NCBI GenBank assembly: GCA_030265395.1
Contig: JARFYF010000072.1
Coordinates: forward strand, 3,782,179 to 3,846,178
Origin: Rhina ancylostomus
Lineage: Eukaryota
Reading direction: 5' to 3'
DNA length: 64,000 nt
Below the pieces are notes generated by a model. The model was not told where the DNA came from. It made no database searches and was given only the letters and a program-made list of their open reading frames with translations. The position numbers and the translations under genes were made by a program. Positions 52,114 through 64,000 of this stretch are shown piece after piece (the first letter of the stretch is position 1; each line of letters begins with the position of its first letter).

Positions 52114-52186
52114 TGGAGAAGCCGGGGATTGACACCCGGGGCCTCACAGATTCAATCTGTCAGCTCTGTCACTGCGCTACATGCCC
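52114..52186 (-). pseudogene. tRNA-Ala-derived pseudogene with remodelled anticodon arm
   Basis: Reverse complement GGGCATGTAGCGCAGTGACAGAGC...GAGGCCCCGGGTGTCAATCCCCGGCTTCTCCA; 3' flank cgctggtgatagtgaa shared with the Ala copies at 38147 and 40168. Confidence 0.7.
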
Positions 52187-55100
52187 TACATGTTAACAGC
52201 CATGTACGTAATTTATCTAGTGTGTGTCTCCCGCTGATCATAAAACACAGAAATCGAAACAAAGGAAAAAAAGGGAGCTGAAGTAGGATATTCGTCCCTT
52301 CCATCCCGGTTCGCCGTTTAATACTATAATGGCTAATAATCTGTTCACTCCTGTATCCCGGTACCCACCCCCCTTTCGATAATAAGACAATTACAGAAAT
52401 ACTCATCGATAGATAGAGAATTAGAACTAACATTTTTGGTTAGCGACCTGGAGTGAGATTGTTTCAGTCTCACACTAAATAACGAAAGACCGTTAAATAA
52501 TTGAAAAGGCAACGTAGACCCAGGAAATCCGGAAGCCCAGCATCAACTTTGCATTAATTTCAAGGCCGGCACGGAATTTAACAGGCCTATTTAGCTCTAG
52601 GGAAAGTGAAACCGTGTTTAGTAATGACGGGGAGATCTCCCACTGAGCTTAGTGAGACAGCGGCCTTCTTCCAGCGATCATTGAGGGGCTGAGGCCTCAT
52701 CTAACAACCTCACAATACTTCATGGGTGTATTGATGAAGGAAGGAACATGAGTGGCCTTGGTATTTTGTGAGAATTTGCATCTTTTTGATCCATTGTAAA
52801 ATATCCTGACATTCTCAGTGCTGTACCGGGCAAGTTATCGAAATTTCGATGGGGAGTGGTATCGAGGAGAGATTGGAAGAATGCGGAACAAAGTTAAGTA
52901 ACGTTTCGTGATGCAGATAAACCAGTTCATCGAGACGAGAGACAATGGGTAAAACTGGAAACTGCAGCCGAGCATTTAGGGAAACTGAACCACTGTGATT
53001 ATCGCTGATTAATCCATGGCTTTCCAAATGCGGATTTATCTTTTCCATCTTTTTTTTATTTCTATAGCTTTCGTAACCCTGCCTTTACACCGTTGGCGCT
53101 GTCATAACACGCCTTATCTCCGCTGCCCTTCTTGGTTAAGGGTATCACACTCTATTCAACCGGTTCCTTAAGTGTGCCTCGATAAGAGTTTAAGAAAATG
53201 TCTTTAGTTTTACCCGAAATTATTCTCCCTTGACTCCTCTATATCAGCGATGTGGTTGAGCGGACCATACGGGTAAGCTCCTGGCACATGTATGAGTGTT
53301 AAGCCGAGCTGTTAGGAGCCGGATGTTATCTTCAAAGAGATCGAGCTTGGCTGACAATTAGACGTAAAATGGAAGGTTGAACAGGATGTGGAAAAATCTG
53401 CGTTCATTCGCTTTGTTTGACGTTTATGGGAGCCGATTGCGAAGATTGTCCAGTGATGTGGGTCCGCAACGGAACATAACGCTAAGATATGACTGGTGAT
53501 GTGTTTGGGTGACGGCCCAGATACAAGCATTCCAATGTCCTGTTCTGATTTATATTTTGTGCCTTCTCAACAGGTTGTTTGCTTTGAAGACATGGATAAG
53601 GAGATTAGAATTATGCAGCGAAAATATGAAGCATTAAATGTCATCTCAAAGGTCCCGGGAGAGGAAGACGTCAGTTGTGGAAAGACAAGTCTGTGAAAAT
53701 GTGGATTCATTTGCTGAACCGGAACCAGAGATAGACTGAGAAGCTCTCCAAGCAGAGGCATCACTGAGGCACAGACTGTGTAATATCAGTTTCTGGAGTT
53801 AAAACTTTGCCAGCGGAAAATATTTTAAATGCAATTCAGTTGCCAAGAACGGCAGGGGTGAATTTTGATCAAATACGGGAAGAGGCCATGGTTGGAAATA
53901 GAAATCCATGCACAACGTTGGGAGTAAAGAGTAAATGTTTATTTGCTGTGATTAAAGTATATACAAGGGAAGGGATCATTTAAACAGAGATTCAGAGACC
54001 GTCGTCAACACTGCAGAGACACAGTCTCCAGAGTGCTGATGTATTCGGTCCAATTTCCCCATTTCATGATTTCCCTGTATTAGCTGTCTTGCCCAAGCCT
54101 TCAATGTTTGACTCATGAAAGGGTGAGGTCAATTCTGAGATCTCCAGAATGAATGGAATTAATTTCAGGATCAGTGGGAATTCAGCAATGAGTGTGCGAA
54201 ACGGTGCCAGTCGAGCCCATAGAAATTCTCAAGGAAGCCGATAAAAGCAGGCATGTCAAGCATTTAACACCATATAAATACAAACTGCATCTGGCTTTAG
54301 CAATGATTTGAAAATGAGAGGAAATATTTGGACATATGGGTTGAAATGTGGCAAGTCAGCCAGTCAGTGAAGAATGGTCGACAATGAGGGGAGTCATATT
54401 GCAAATGAAATAAGCAGTTTCATGGAGAACATAGATGAGGTGTGCAGTGCGAGCAAAATTCATTTTCAATTGATGCTTGTGTTTTATATGCCTGTGATGG
54501 ACAATATTTTGCTCGGTGACAGCATAAAGTCCTGAAAATGTTTGAACAACAAACATAAGTGGAAAATAAAATTCTTCGGTGGTCTGAGGTCGTGAGTGGG
54601 GAGAAGCTCATTGACATGAGGACGCGAGAGAAGATTGCCGTTTTTCCTAGAAAGTTGTTCTTGGACAGGAAATGGTATGCCAAACTTATCGATAGAATCT
54701 GAAACTATGAAATATTTAGAACACTAATGGCGGTGTATATGTATATATATATTCATTTCGGTAAGTACGACTTCAACCCTCATGTGTTCGGAGTGAGTTG
54801 GCCAGATTGACTCATTCTTCACTATAAAATACTGTTCTCAGTCTGTGTGCGCTTTGCACCCAGGTGCCTGCCACCTCGATGTCTGTACGAGGACCTTAGG
54901 CTGTTTTTGGATCTGTTTGGAATTGTTGACGTCACGAGACATGCAGGGATGCAGTTAGCCTCTGTTAATTTATATCTCAACCACCCATGATTTTCACTTC
55001 CAGCACTAAACCCACCTGAAAGACAGGACGATGGATAAACTCTCCCCCTGACGAAGGCTTATCCCTCATTTCACCTGCAATATTAAACACACTTCATCCT

Positions 55101-55506
55101 CCTGGTAAGAGATGCCACTAATGTTACCATTGATCGGTAATTGAAGGTCATGGCATTTGGTGTATATAAACAGAAAGAACCAATAGACATAAATGGTTTG
55201 TTCAAACGGTTCAAACTTCGAGGCACGACAGAGAAGGTGCAGCTCCTTCCACTGAACTTCTTTCTAAACAATATTAAATTAACGTGTTTGTTTTATCTTT
55301 CGAAGGGTTCACTGTCGTTCTCAACGTCACAAGGAGTAAAAATATAGTTTGCACTATGTGTTTGTTGGGTGGCTTGTGGATAATCTGAACCAGGAAGACA
55401 CGAATCGGATTAACGGACGACCCCCCTGGTGTATAAGAGCCCTTTGAAAGAGAGCGGGAGGGCACAAGGAACGTTTAGTACAACTAATCGCTGCTTCAGG
55501 TGGAAA

Positions 55507-58350
55507 ATGGGATACCCAGCAATATTTCACATCGTCAGAATTTACTATACTATCCTTGCAGCTGTCGGCAATCCTGGTAAGACACTGGAATTGAATGGTG
55601 ATTATTTGTGGCTCTGTCTAATGTATTACGCTGGCGGCGTTGTCGATTACCCGTATCTTCCTGTCCAGATGCTCAGTCTACTGTATTATTTTAGAAAGTG
55701 GAAATTGAAAAGAAAACGATATTGTTATTTAGTTTTAAAATGTAATTTATGTTACTTTAATTGTTTATTTCTGCATGGAAATTTCGGTGAAGATTTCTAT
55801 TCATTTACGTATATTTATATATGACCAATCTGAGCACATAATGCAAATTGATCATTTAATATTAACACCGACGAATACCATAAACATTTAAGAATGATTA
55901 CAAAGCTCACAGTCGATCAGATTCCGCACCAACGTTACCTCCTTTCACAAGCAATCATGACCCTCCGGCGGTGAGAAGTGTGTGGTTTGTCAATTGAGAC
56001 CTGGTCACTGCTGAGACCGCTGTGGCCTCGGGCAGTCCCAGCACAATTGCTCTCACAATACCGTGAAGGTTGACTGAAGGAGCGGGAAGAAAGCAGTGAG
56101 AGGATTCCCAACGCGCTGTTGAATCATCCAAAAGCGATCGTCAAGTTTCCTGCCTCTCACTCTAAATGGATTTCTTCCTCTGTTGGCATCCCAAACTGAG
56201 GGAACTATAATTGCTCATCAATGTCGTCATTGTGAAATACCTCCATTCTGAATATTTCTTGTGTGCGAACTGTGCAAGAGCCATTTGGTGTTCCATCAGC
56301 AAATCTGACTTGATTTTGTGGCCTCACTGTTAGTTGGAAAGCATAACCAAGGAAATCAAAAATGATTTTATTTTCTTTAAAAACTATTACTAATGGCTAA
56401 CAATTATTTGTATGTGTTTCTCCAAAGAAGAATTGTTTTGTCCTCTAAACAGTGCCTGCAGTACTTTCCCCAGCACTAACACTGTCCTTTTCAGCGCGAC
56501 GCTCAGCTTCCTCCCCCAGGGGTATACTTCATTTCAAATTTCTTTAATCACCTCATTCATTTGGCGCCTCGTTTCTCATTTTTCACTTTTACCATTTAAT
56601 TAAAGGATTACTGAGTATATCGACCTTTATGGTTTGGGTATTGCTTATAATTGTCAACATATTTTCTGTGACCGTGTTCATAACCATAATTGTCTCACGA
56701 ATCACGCCTGTCCCGACAACTTCTGGTTTTCACGCCCTGCGCGATGCGCATTCACCCGATTGATCTCTTCTGCCCTGCGGCTTCCAGCGTCCAGGACACT
56801 ACAATGATATCACCGTTTCTAAAGGCGGAGCGGTCAGAGAGTGACGGCTCATATTGAAGGGGATAATGTGGCTCCCTGTCCCCGAATATGCCAGCGAGGC
56901 GTATGACATCTTCTGACATCATGGGGCTTTCCATGTCATCTCCAAATATCTCTCCGAATCAAAGGCAATTGCTTCAAGATATTTCACAGGTGCAATTATT
57001 GAACTCATTCATTTCGAAACGGACCTAACTGAGGTCAGTTAATTGAAAGCAGTACAAAAGCGTGGAGTGATGTGAAATTCAAACAGATCAGTCCACTGCA
57101 TGTGCCGTTCCCCGGAAGTCGCCAACCACATTAAAACAATAGAGACTGCGCTGGATTCCCTCCACTTTGTATCCGGCCATTCGTTCACTGCCTGGCAGAA
57201 CCAGCAGAAGACGCTCTGTTCTGATTTAACTTGAAGCTCAGCCTTCGACTTTCTTTCAGGGTGCGAATCGAACGAGAACTCAGCTGCAAGTCGCTCGTCG
57301 AGGGTCAGTCTAATCGATTGGACGTATACCATTTCGTCAGCAGAGGCGGCCTGATCACCTTGCTGCGGCTTCATTCAGTGGCTGCATCCGAATATTAATT
57401 TTACAGTACCAATCAACTCACACTGACCAATGTGGGTCGTTGGGAAGTAACAGCATATTTTATGATTCCTTTGAGTTAATTTAATAGCGTTTGTGATCCT
57501 GTCCCATGGAAAATGTGGTCTCTCCAAATGTATCACTCGCTACCTGGTAGCCATGACAACAGCAGATCTGATAGGCATTGTTCTTGCTGTTTTATTGGAG
57601 CAGATTAATTTCATCTATCTGTTTGCCAATTTCTTTTTCAGAATTACGATGTGCACTGTGATACATGTCCTACGGGTTGCAAAGTCGGACTGTTCCGTCT
57701 GGTTGACTGTTGCTTTCACTTTCGATCGTTACGTCGCCATCTGCTGTGAGAAGCTGCGAAAACGATATTGCACGGAGAGAAGAGCGATTCTGGTAACAGT
57801 GACAGTGAGTGGAGGGAGCTGTGCCTTGGCTATTCAAATTTACTTTGCGGTCGATCCACGGCGCTGCTCCGCCAAAGCTGATTATATTGCGTTACGCCTG
57901 TGGAGAACCTTCAGGTTATGTGACAATATCGTAACTCTGGCATTACCAATCTGTTTAATTCTAATGTTTAATACTTTAACTATGAGGCACATTACAGCAG
58001 CAAGTCGAGTCCGCCTGGGACTCCGGAACATCAGCAACAACCAGAAGGATGCAGAGGTGGAGAACCGAAGAAAGTCAATGATTTTATTGTTCGTTCCATC
58101 AGCTAATTTCGTTATACTTTGGATCCCCCATTTTGTGTACACTATGAACTGGCAAGTGGAAAACTATAGTTACACAGACAGATATTTCAACACTCCGAGA
58201 TATGTCTTGCAACAGTTTGGGTATATGTTACAGTTTCTCAGTACCTGCACCAACACGTGTATCTATGGAATGACACAGAGGAAATTTAGGAAGGAGCTGA
58301 AGAATGGAATGAAACATCTGTTTCCATTAAATGGACAACTGTGTAAATAA
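55507..58350 (+). CDS. GPR139/142-like GPCR copy 9, complete ORF, 314 aa (exon 1 55507-55576, exon 2 57476-58350)
   Basis: MGYPAIFHIVRIYYTILAAVGNP+G|GTAAGA ... ttgag|TTAATTTA; 945 nt with no stop; FTFDRY, TNTCIY; weak GAG acceptor. Confidence 0.82.
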
Positions 58351-59741
58351 AATGTCAACCCAAATCGTTGACCTTTGAAGCAATTATTCTGGTTCGTTTT
58401 ATTTGAGTGTTTAGAGACTTACTTTTCCAGATCCAAATGTATATTTGCTTTCATGCAACAAATTGTTTCAGAGGATCGGGCAACAACTATTAGATTATTA
58501 TTTCAATTGCAAGATGATTGACTCACATGGCATGAGATTTACTTCCACCAGGGGTGAGGAAAGAACAAGTGATAGGTGAGAATATGAAAAGGAATCTAAC
58601 GGATTATCCAACATTGAACAAACTATGTACAAAAGCCTGTTTAGTACAGAAACAAAAACACAACTACTTTTGCAAAAGAAAATAAATCCCCGTGTCATCC
58701 GAAAACTGTACTTTCTGGTGTCTGTTTTCACCTCATTTTGCTTTCTTTGTTATTATTTCAGATTTCCAGCATCTGAGGTCTACGTTGATATAACAGTTTG
58801 TCGAATTAATGTTTTTTTTTCATCACGGCGACATGTCCGTGCCAGATTTATCATGAAAAGCGAAGTATCAAGGGTTCCGGTATATTTGCCTGTCAGGGAT
58901 GTGCGCTGAGCCTCGCCGATTGCACTTCGGTTATGCTGACACCTTTGATGTCCTCAGACACGGTATAATCGCCTACATGTCTGTTGGTCTTTAGGACGGC
59001 GTTCCGCTGATATTCAATAAAAACTGGAATTGTATTGAACTTCTGCTGAATTTTCACATGCGACTCTTTTGTCTTTTGTCCCAGCGGAGACTTTTTAAGG
59101 CGACATTAAGTCTACGGTGGAGTCAACTCTCAGTAAATTGCGCATGTTACCGCCATGAATTGAAGCCCTAAGTCTAAGCATGACACCTTTGCTCTCCCCA
59201 CACTTCTGGTGAAGATCGACCATCTGCTTGGAATGGAACTGCAGTGTATTGTGGGAGATTGTAGTCGATTTAGAATAGTGGAATTAAATGTTCTAACGTG
59301 CTGAACAACATCATCAACCCTTGTTGCTGTCTTTATGTCTTGCAACAGGAAGTTGTTTTCTCGTTTGTAAAAAAAAGGAGATTTTGCAATTTATGGAGAG
59401 AAAATTGGGCTGGAAATATTAATGGAGCAAAAGAACATAATGAAGAAGCTGTGGTTGATTGTTTCGTCTCCAGGGCTTCCTCTGAACTGTCGTGATGTGA
59501 CAGATGTATTTTGTGATCTTGAGAAGTGTTGTTTCCTGGATTGAATGAGCAAGTTTTAACTTCAAGCTGTGGTCATGGCCGATATGTGAGAAATTTTATC
59601 GAAAAGCCTGTAATGTGCCGTTGTCAGGAGCAACGGACAAGATGTGAGAACTGCGATCATTAGAACAATGTTACAAATTGTGCAAGAAAGCGACATTCAT
59701 GAACATACGGAATGAAACAGAGCAATGAATGTTCACCAGCC

Positions 59742-59813
59742 TGGTGATGCCGCGAACTGAACCCACGACCTCATGTATCTAAATGATGAGGTCTTCAATT
59801 GTGCGATATGCCC
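59742..59813 (-). pseudogene. Degenerate tRNA-Ala pseudogene 3' of copy 9
   Basis: Reverse complement GGGCATATCGCACAATTG...CATGAGGTCGTGGGTTCAGTTCGCGGCATCACCA followed by flank ggctggtga; 72 nt. Confidence 0.6.
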
Positions 59814-60779
59814 GACACAAGGCAGGAGTCGTATTAGCAAGTTATCTCGTGTGCGTCTGTCGCTGAGCACAAGGCAAATACACTGATACACTGGAAACCG
59901 GAGACGAATTATGTAATTAAAAAAATAGAAGAACTGCAGGCCTCTGCCACCTCTGGACAGCACACTGTCACGCGCAATATTAACTCACATAATATAAGCT
60001 CCCGGATGATCAGCATTCCTGGGCAGGCTCGAATAATCAATGTTAGCGTTTACAGCCAAACACGCTGACTGATTGCTTCATGGAGACACCCTTAAATAAT
60101 CGGGAATGAATTGGACGTTCTCGTATCACCACAAAACTGGGTGTTAATGAGGGCTGTGAACAGGATGCAGAGAAAGTTCCAGGGGATGATGGCAGGCGAA
60201 CAGAATGGGCAAAGACATGGTCGATTCGTTGTAATATGGTAAATTGCGAGGTGCTCTTTGGAAACAGTAGTTTACTTAGAGTGAGAGGGAGAAATGTGTG
60301 GCTGTCAAAAAGACTGGCTGCCCCTTTAGGCTAAAAACATAAAATTAACATGCGGCTTCACCAAGGAAGTGGGGAGTTAAGAATTTGTTGGTCTTATTGC
60401 AATAGAATTTAGGCAGAAAACAGACACGTCTCACTGGAGTTCTACAGGGTCCTGGCGAGACAGTATCTTGAGGATGCAAGCTTATTAATCAGGGGCGGAA
60501 ATACTCAAGAAATAAAAACATTCATTCTTATAAATCACTGAGATGACGCTGTTCTCATCTCTTGGAATGTCAACTCCGCAAGCAGCCTCCCAAATCTTTT
60601 TAAGAAATAAATATTCTTCGAAATGTTACAACGTCGTAAAATACAATCAAAATTATTAATTGCTTAAAACTTATGAACACATACTAAAACCTACCGCGGG
60701 ATATGTAAATTAAACGACTTATTTTTTGATAAAGGAAAGCTGCTCTTTCCCTGCCAATACCAATCTTTGATATGAATTG

Positions 60780-61073
60780 CTTCTCTGGTCTGTCAGAGCG
60801 TTTGCAGTCTATAAAGCGATATTTTTAATGCTGGTGCATCGGAAATAAAACATCAATGGTGACAGACAGAAAACGCAGTGGTTGTAAAATTCAGTAAGGC
60901 CACTGAGAGCGGATTTGGAATAATGAAGAAGAATGGTCCGGAACCATTTGAGAAGAATCCACTCAAATATTAGATCCATGATGACGCCATTTTCGTAACC
61001 GCCTGCAAGCGAGTCCTGCGTATGTAGCGACTGCACTTTCGTTGATACAGGATCACAAACGATACCAACTTCA
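60780..61073 (-). pseudogene. Highly decayed GPCR exon 2 relic
   Basis: Reverse complement tttctcacag|TGAAGTTGGTATCGTTTGTGATCCTGTATCAACGAAAGTGC reads (V)KLVSFVILYQRKCS..TR, in register with VNLxAIVILSRGKCG..TR and with the same phase-1 acceptor. Confidence 0.55.
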
Positions 61074-61549
61074 CTGTGAGAAACAAGAAAGGACATGAAT
61101 ACATTGCTGACTGGGTTTGAGTGATTCTGTCAGTTGTGTGTTAGTATCATGGCGAAAACTGAACCATTCACCTGTAAAGCGTTTTGAGGCAGTTGATCTG
61201 TCATTTAAAAATCACAGCGTTCCATGAGTGAGTTGTCGAACTCTACACACGAAGTGAGATGGGAATCTTTGGAAGTGCCGAATAGAAGCAGAGTACGATG
61301 AGGAAGGATGAGGAGTTTCAAATACAAATAAGGATCGGAAAATAATGCAAATATCCGTGGTGAGGGAATGAGAACTAATATCTTTTTTTAGCGACCACCA
61401 CTGAGATCATTTAAGTCTCACACCCAATGGCAAAAGACGATAAAACAATTCGAAGGACAACGTAGAACCGGCAAATCTCGAAGCTCGGCAACAACTTCAC
61501 GTTAATTTCAAGGACATAACTAAATTTAACGAGTATACTAAGGTCAAGT

Positions 61550-61831
61550 TGTTAAGCACCAGCAACAAAATCAACACACCGAGACATGTATGTGTTAAAA
61601 ACTACTTTATTAATAACTACTTATGATAAAAAGAAAATTAAAAGTAAAAATGTTAGAGTGTTAGAAATAAAACCGTTAACCCTCGAACATCAGCCCCCAA
61701 AACTAACTAAACTTGTCGTGTGTGTGTGGCAAATTCCCAAACTCCACGTCCAGAAATGGTTCTTAAAGTTCAGTTCAGCAAGCCATAAGGTGAAACATGA
61801 GTAAAGGCTTCTTCAACAACCACCGTTGTCT
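61550..61831. mobile_element. Possible LTR terminus
   Basis: Begins TGTTAAG just after homology to 52430-52590 ends; tttatt (AATAAA on the minus strand) nearby; runs into a gap. Confidence 0.3.
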
Positions 61832-61931
61832 NNNNNNNNNNNNNNNNNNNNNNNNNNNNNNNNNNNNNNNNNNNNNNNNNNNNNNNNNNNNNNNNNNNNN
61901 NNNNNNNNNNNNNNNNNNNNNNNNNNNNNNN

Positions 61932-62485
61932 AGACAGGTGCATACAACCAGCCCCCTTTCCTGAAGTCTTTGCCCAGCTCTTTTGGTTTGGTCACATTGA
62001 AGGAAAGGTTGTTGTAATGACAACATTCCACTAATCTCTATATCTCCTTCCTGTAATCCGACTCATCGCTGTTTGAGATACGATTTACAACGGTGGTATC
62101 ATCTGCAACCTTGTAGATGGAGTTAGAGCAGAATCTGGCCACACAGTCATGAGTGTTAAGGAAGTAGAGTAGAGGGCTGAAGACGCAGTCTTACAGGGCA
62201 CCAGTGTTGAGAATAATCATGCCGGAGGTATCATCACTGATTGCGGTATATTTGTTAAAAGTCAAGGATCCAGTTACAGAGGGAGGTCTTGAGTCCTGGG
62301 TCTCGGGAGTTTGGTAACGCTTGCTTGGGATTATTGCATTGAAGTCAGAGCTGTAGTCAATAAACAATAGTCGAACGTATGTGTCTTTATTGTCCAGATG
62401 CTCCAGAGCTGAGTGTATGCCAGGGAGATGACATCAGCCGTGGACCTGCTTCGGCGATAGGTGAATTGTAGTCATTGCGAAGTAA
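61932..62485 (-). mobile_element. Rex1/Babar-like LINE RT fragment
   Basis: Reverse complement encodes ILNTGA...VFSPLLY...HDCVA...NSIYKVADDTTVV. Confidence 0.8.
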
Positions 62486-63686
62486 CTCTATTCTGAATGT
62501 TTCTTCTGTGTTAACTTGGCAAGTGCCAATTGGTGTTCTTTCAGTAAATATGACCCGTTTTGTGCCGTCGCTGATAGTTGACAAGCATAAATAGGAAAAT
62601 CAAGAATTATTTTAATTTTATTTAAAATCAAGTGGTCTTGTCTCTCAATTATTTCCGTATGTTTCTCTAAACAAGGGTAGTTTGGACCTCTCAACAGTGT
62701 CTGCAGTCCTTTTTCCCACCAGCGAGCGTGAGTATGTTTTGTGTCTCATTTCTTTAATCATTTCCTTCATTTGGTGCCTAGTTTCTTGTTTTCCACTTTT
62801 CCCATCTAATTAAACGATTACTGAGTATATCAAACTTTACGGCTGGGTATTGCTTGTAAATTCCAACAGATTTTCTATGATTGTGTTCAAATCCATAATT
62901 GTTTCACCGATCAATCCAGTACCGGCAAATTCTGTTTTCTTCGTCCTGCACGATGACCGCTCACACGATTTATCTCTTCTACCCTGCGGCGTCCCGTGTC
63001 CTGGAAACGTCGCTGGTACCTCGTTTCTCCAAGGCGGAGCGGTGAGAGAATAACGGCTCACTTTGACGGGGATGATGTGAATCCTTGATCCCAAATATGC
63101 CAGAGAGCTGTTTGACATGTTGTGACTTTACTGCACGTCGTCTCGAAATGTCTCTCCTAACCAAATGTAATTCCTTCGAAATGTTTTGCCGGTGTGATTA
63201 TTAAAAACATGTTCATTTCAAAACGTACTCAACTGAGGTCAGTTAATTTAAAGCAGTATAATATCGTCAAGTTATGTGAAATTAAAACAAAACATTCAGC
63301 TACATGTGCCGTTCCTCGGAAGTCGCCAACCCATTCGAACCATCGTGACTGCACTGGATGCCCTCCTCTTTGTGTCCGGCCACGTGTCCACTTCATGGTA
63401 GAACCGCCCGAAGGCGCTCTGTTCTTATTTAAGGTGAGGTTCAGTATCCAGAAATCCTTCCTGTCGATTGACTTCAGAGAGTGAAACTGGCGAGAACTCA
63501 GCTGTGCGTCGCTAGCAGAGTGCCAGACTGGTTGAACATCCAATCCCATTTCGTCAGTACAGGCGACCAAGTCACCTGGCGTCAGCTCCAGTCAGTGGCA
63601 CAATCCAAATTTACTGTATCAATCAATCCAGACTAATCAATCCGGGTCCACTGGGAAGTAACAGCATATTTTATCAGTTCTTTCAG

Positions 63687-64000
63687 TTAATTTAACGACG
63701 ATTGTGATCCTGTCCCGCGGAAAATGTGGTCTCTACAAATGCATCACTCGCTACATGGTGGTCAAGGAGGCAGCAGGTCTGATGGGCGTTGTCAGTGCTT
63801 TTATATTGGAGCAGATTAATTTAATCTATCTGTTTGCTAGTTTCTTGTTGAGAACTCTGGTGTGCACTGTGATACATGTCCTGCGGGCCGGAACCATGGA
63901 CTGTTCCGTTTGGTTGACGGTTGCATTCACGTTCGATCGATACGTCGCCATCTGCTGTCAGAAGCTGCGGAAACGATATTGCACCGAGAGAACAGCGACT
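63687..64000 (+). CDS. GPCR copy 10 exon 2, 5' part (runs off the window; exon 1 not seen)
   Basis: tttcag|TTAATTTA; open frame NLTTIVILSRGKCG...FTFDRYVAICCQKLRKRYCTERTA; TM2 Asp replaced (AAGL); intron homology 62486-63686. Confidence 0.7.

Noticed and set aside
55048-55080. CTGACGA as a hammerhead core in the upstream module
   Set aside because: No downstream GAAA or helix II; not conserved in paralogous blocks

Overview
Vertebrate, repeat-rich, gapped draft scaffold with 13 gaps of 100 N. It is most likely from a cartilaginous fish, possibly a ray; this is inferred from the CR1, HE1/V-SINE and hairpin repeat types and from the gene family. The window is a tandem and inverted cluster of two-exon class A GPCR genes of the GPR139/GPR142-like type, each with a 70-nt exon 1, a phase-1 intron and an ~875-nt exon 2. 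At least 10 copies plus one heavily decayed relic are visible. Two copies are complete and intact (46610-49135 minus, 55507-58350 plus). Two have open exon 2 sequence but no visible exon 1 (4375-5249; 63687 to window end). The rest are pseudogenes, and the copies fall into two subfamilies that differ in extracellular loop 2. The receptor copies are interleaved with, and were co-duplicated with, tRNA-derived sequences (Asn, Ala, iMet), mostly degenerate but often keeping the B box. The remainder is CR1, Rex/Babar, Tc1, SINE and LTR debris plus micro- and minisatellites. All family assignments come from motif recognition by eye; no database search was run.
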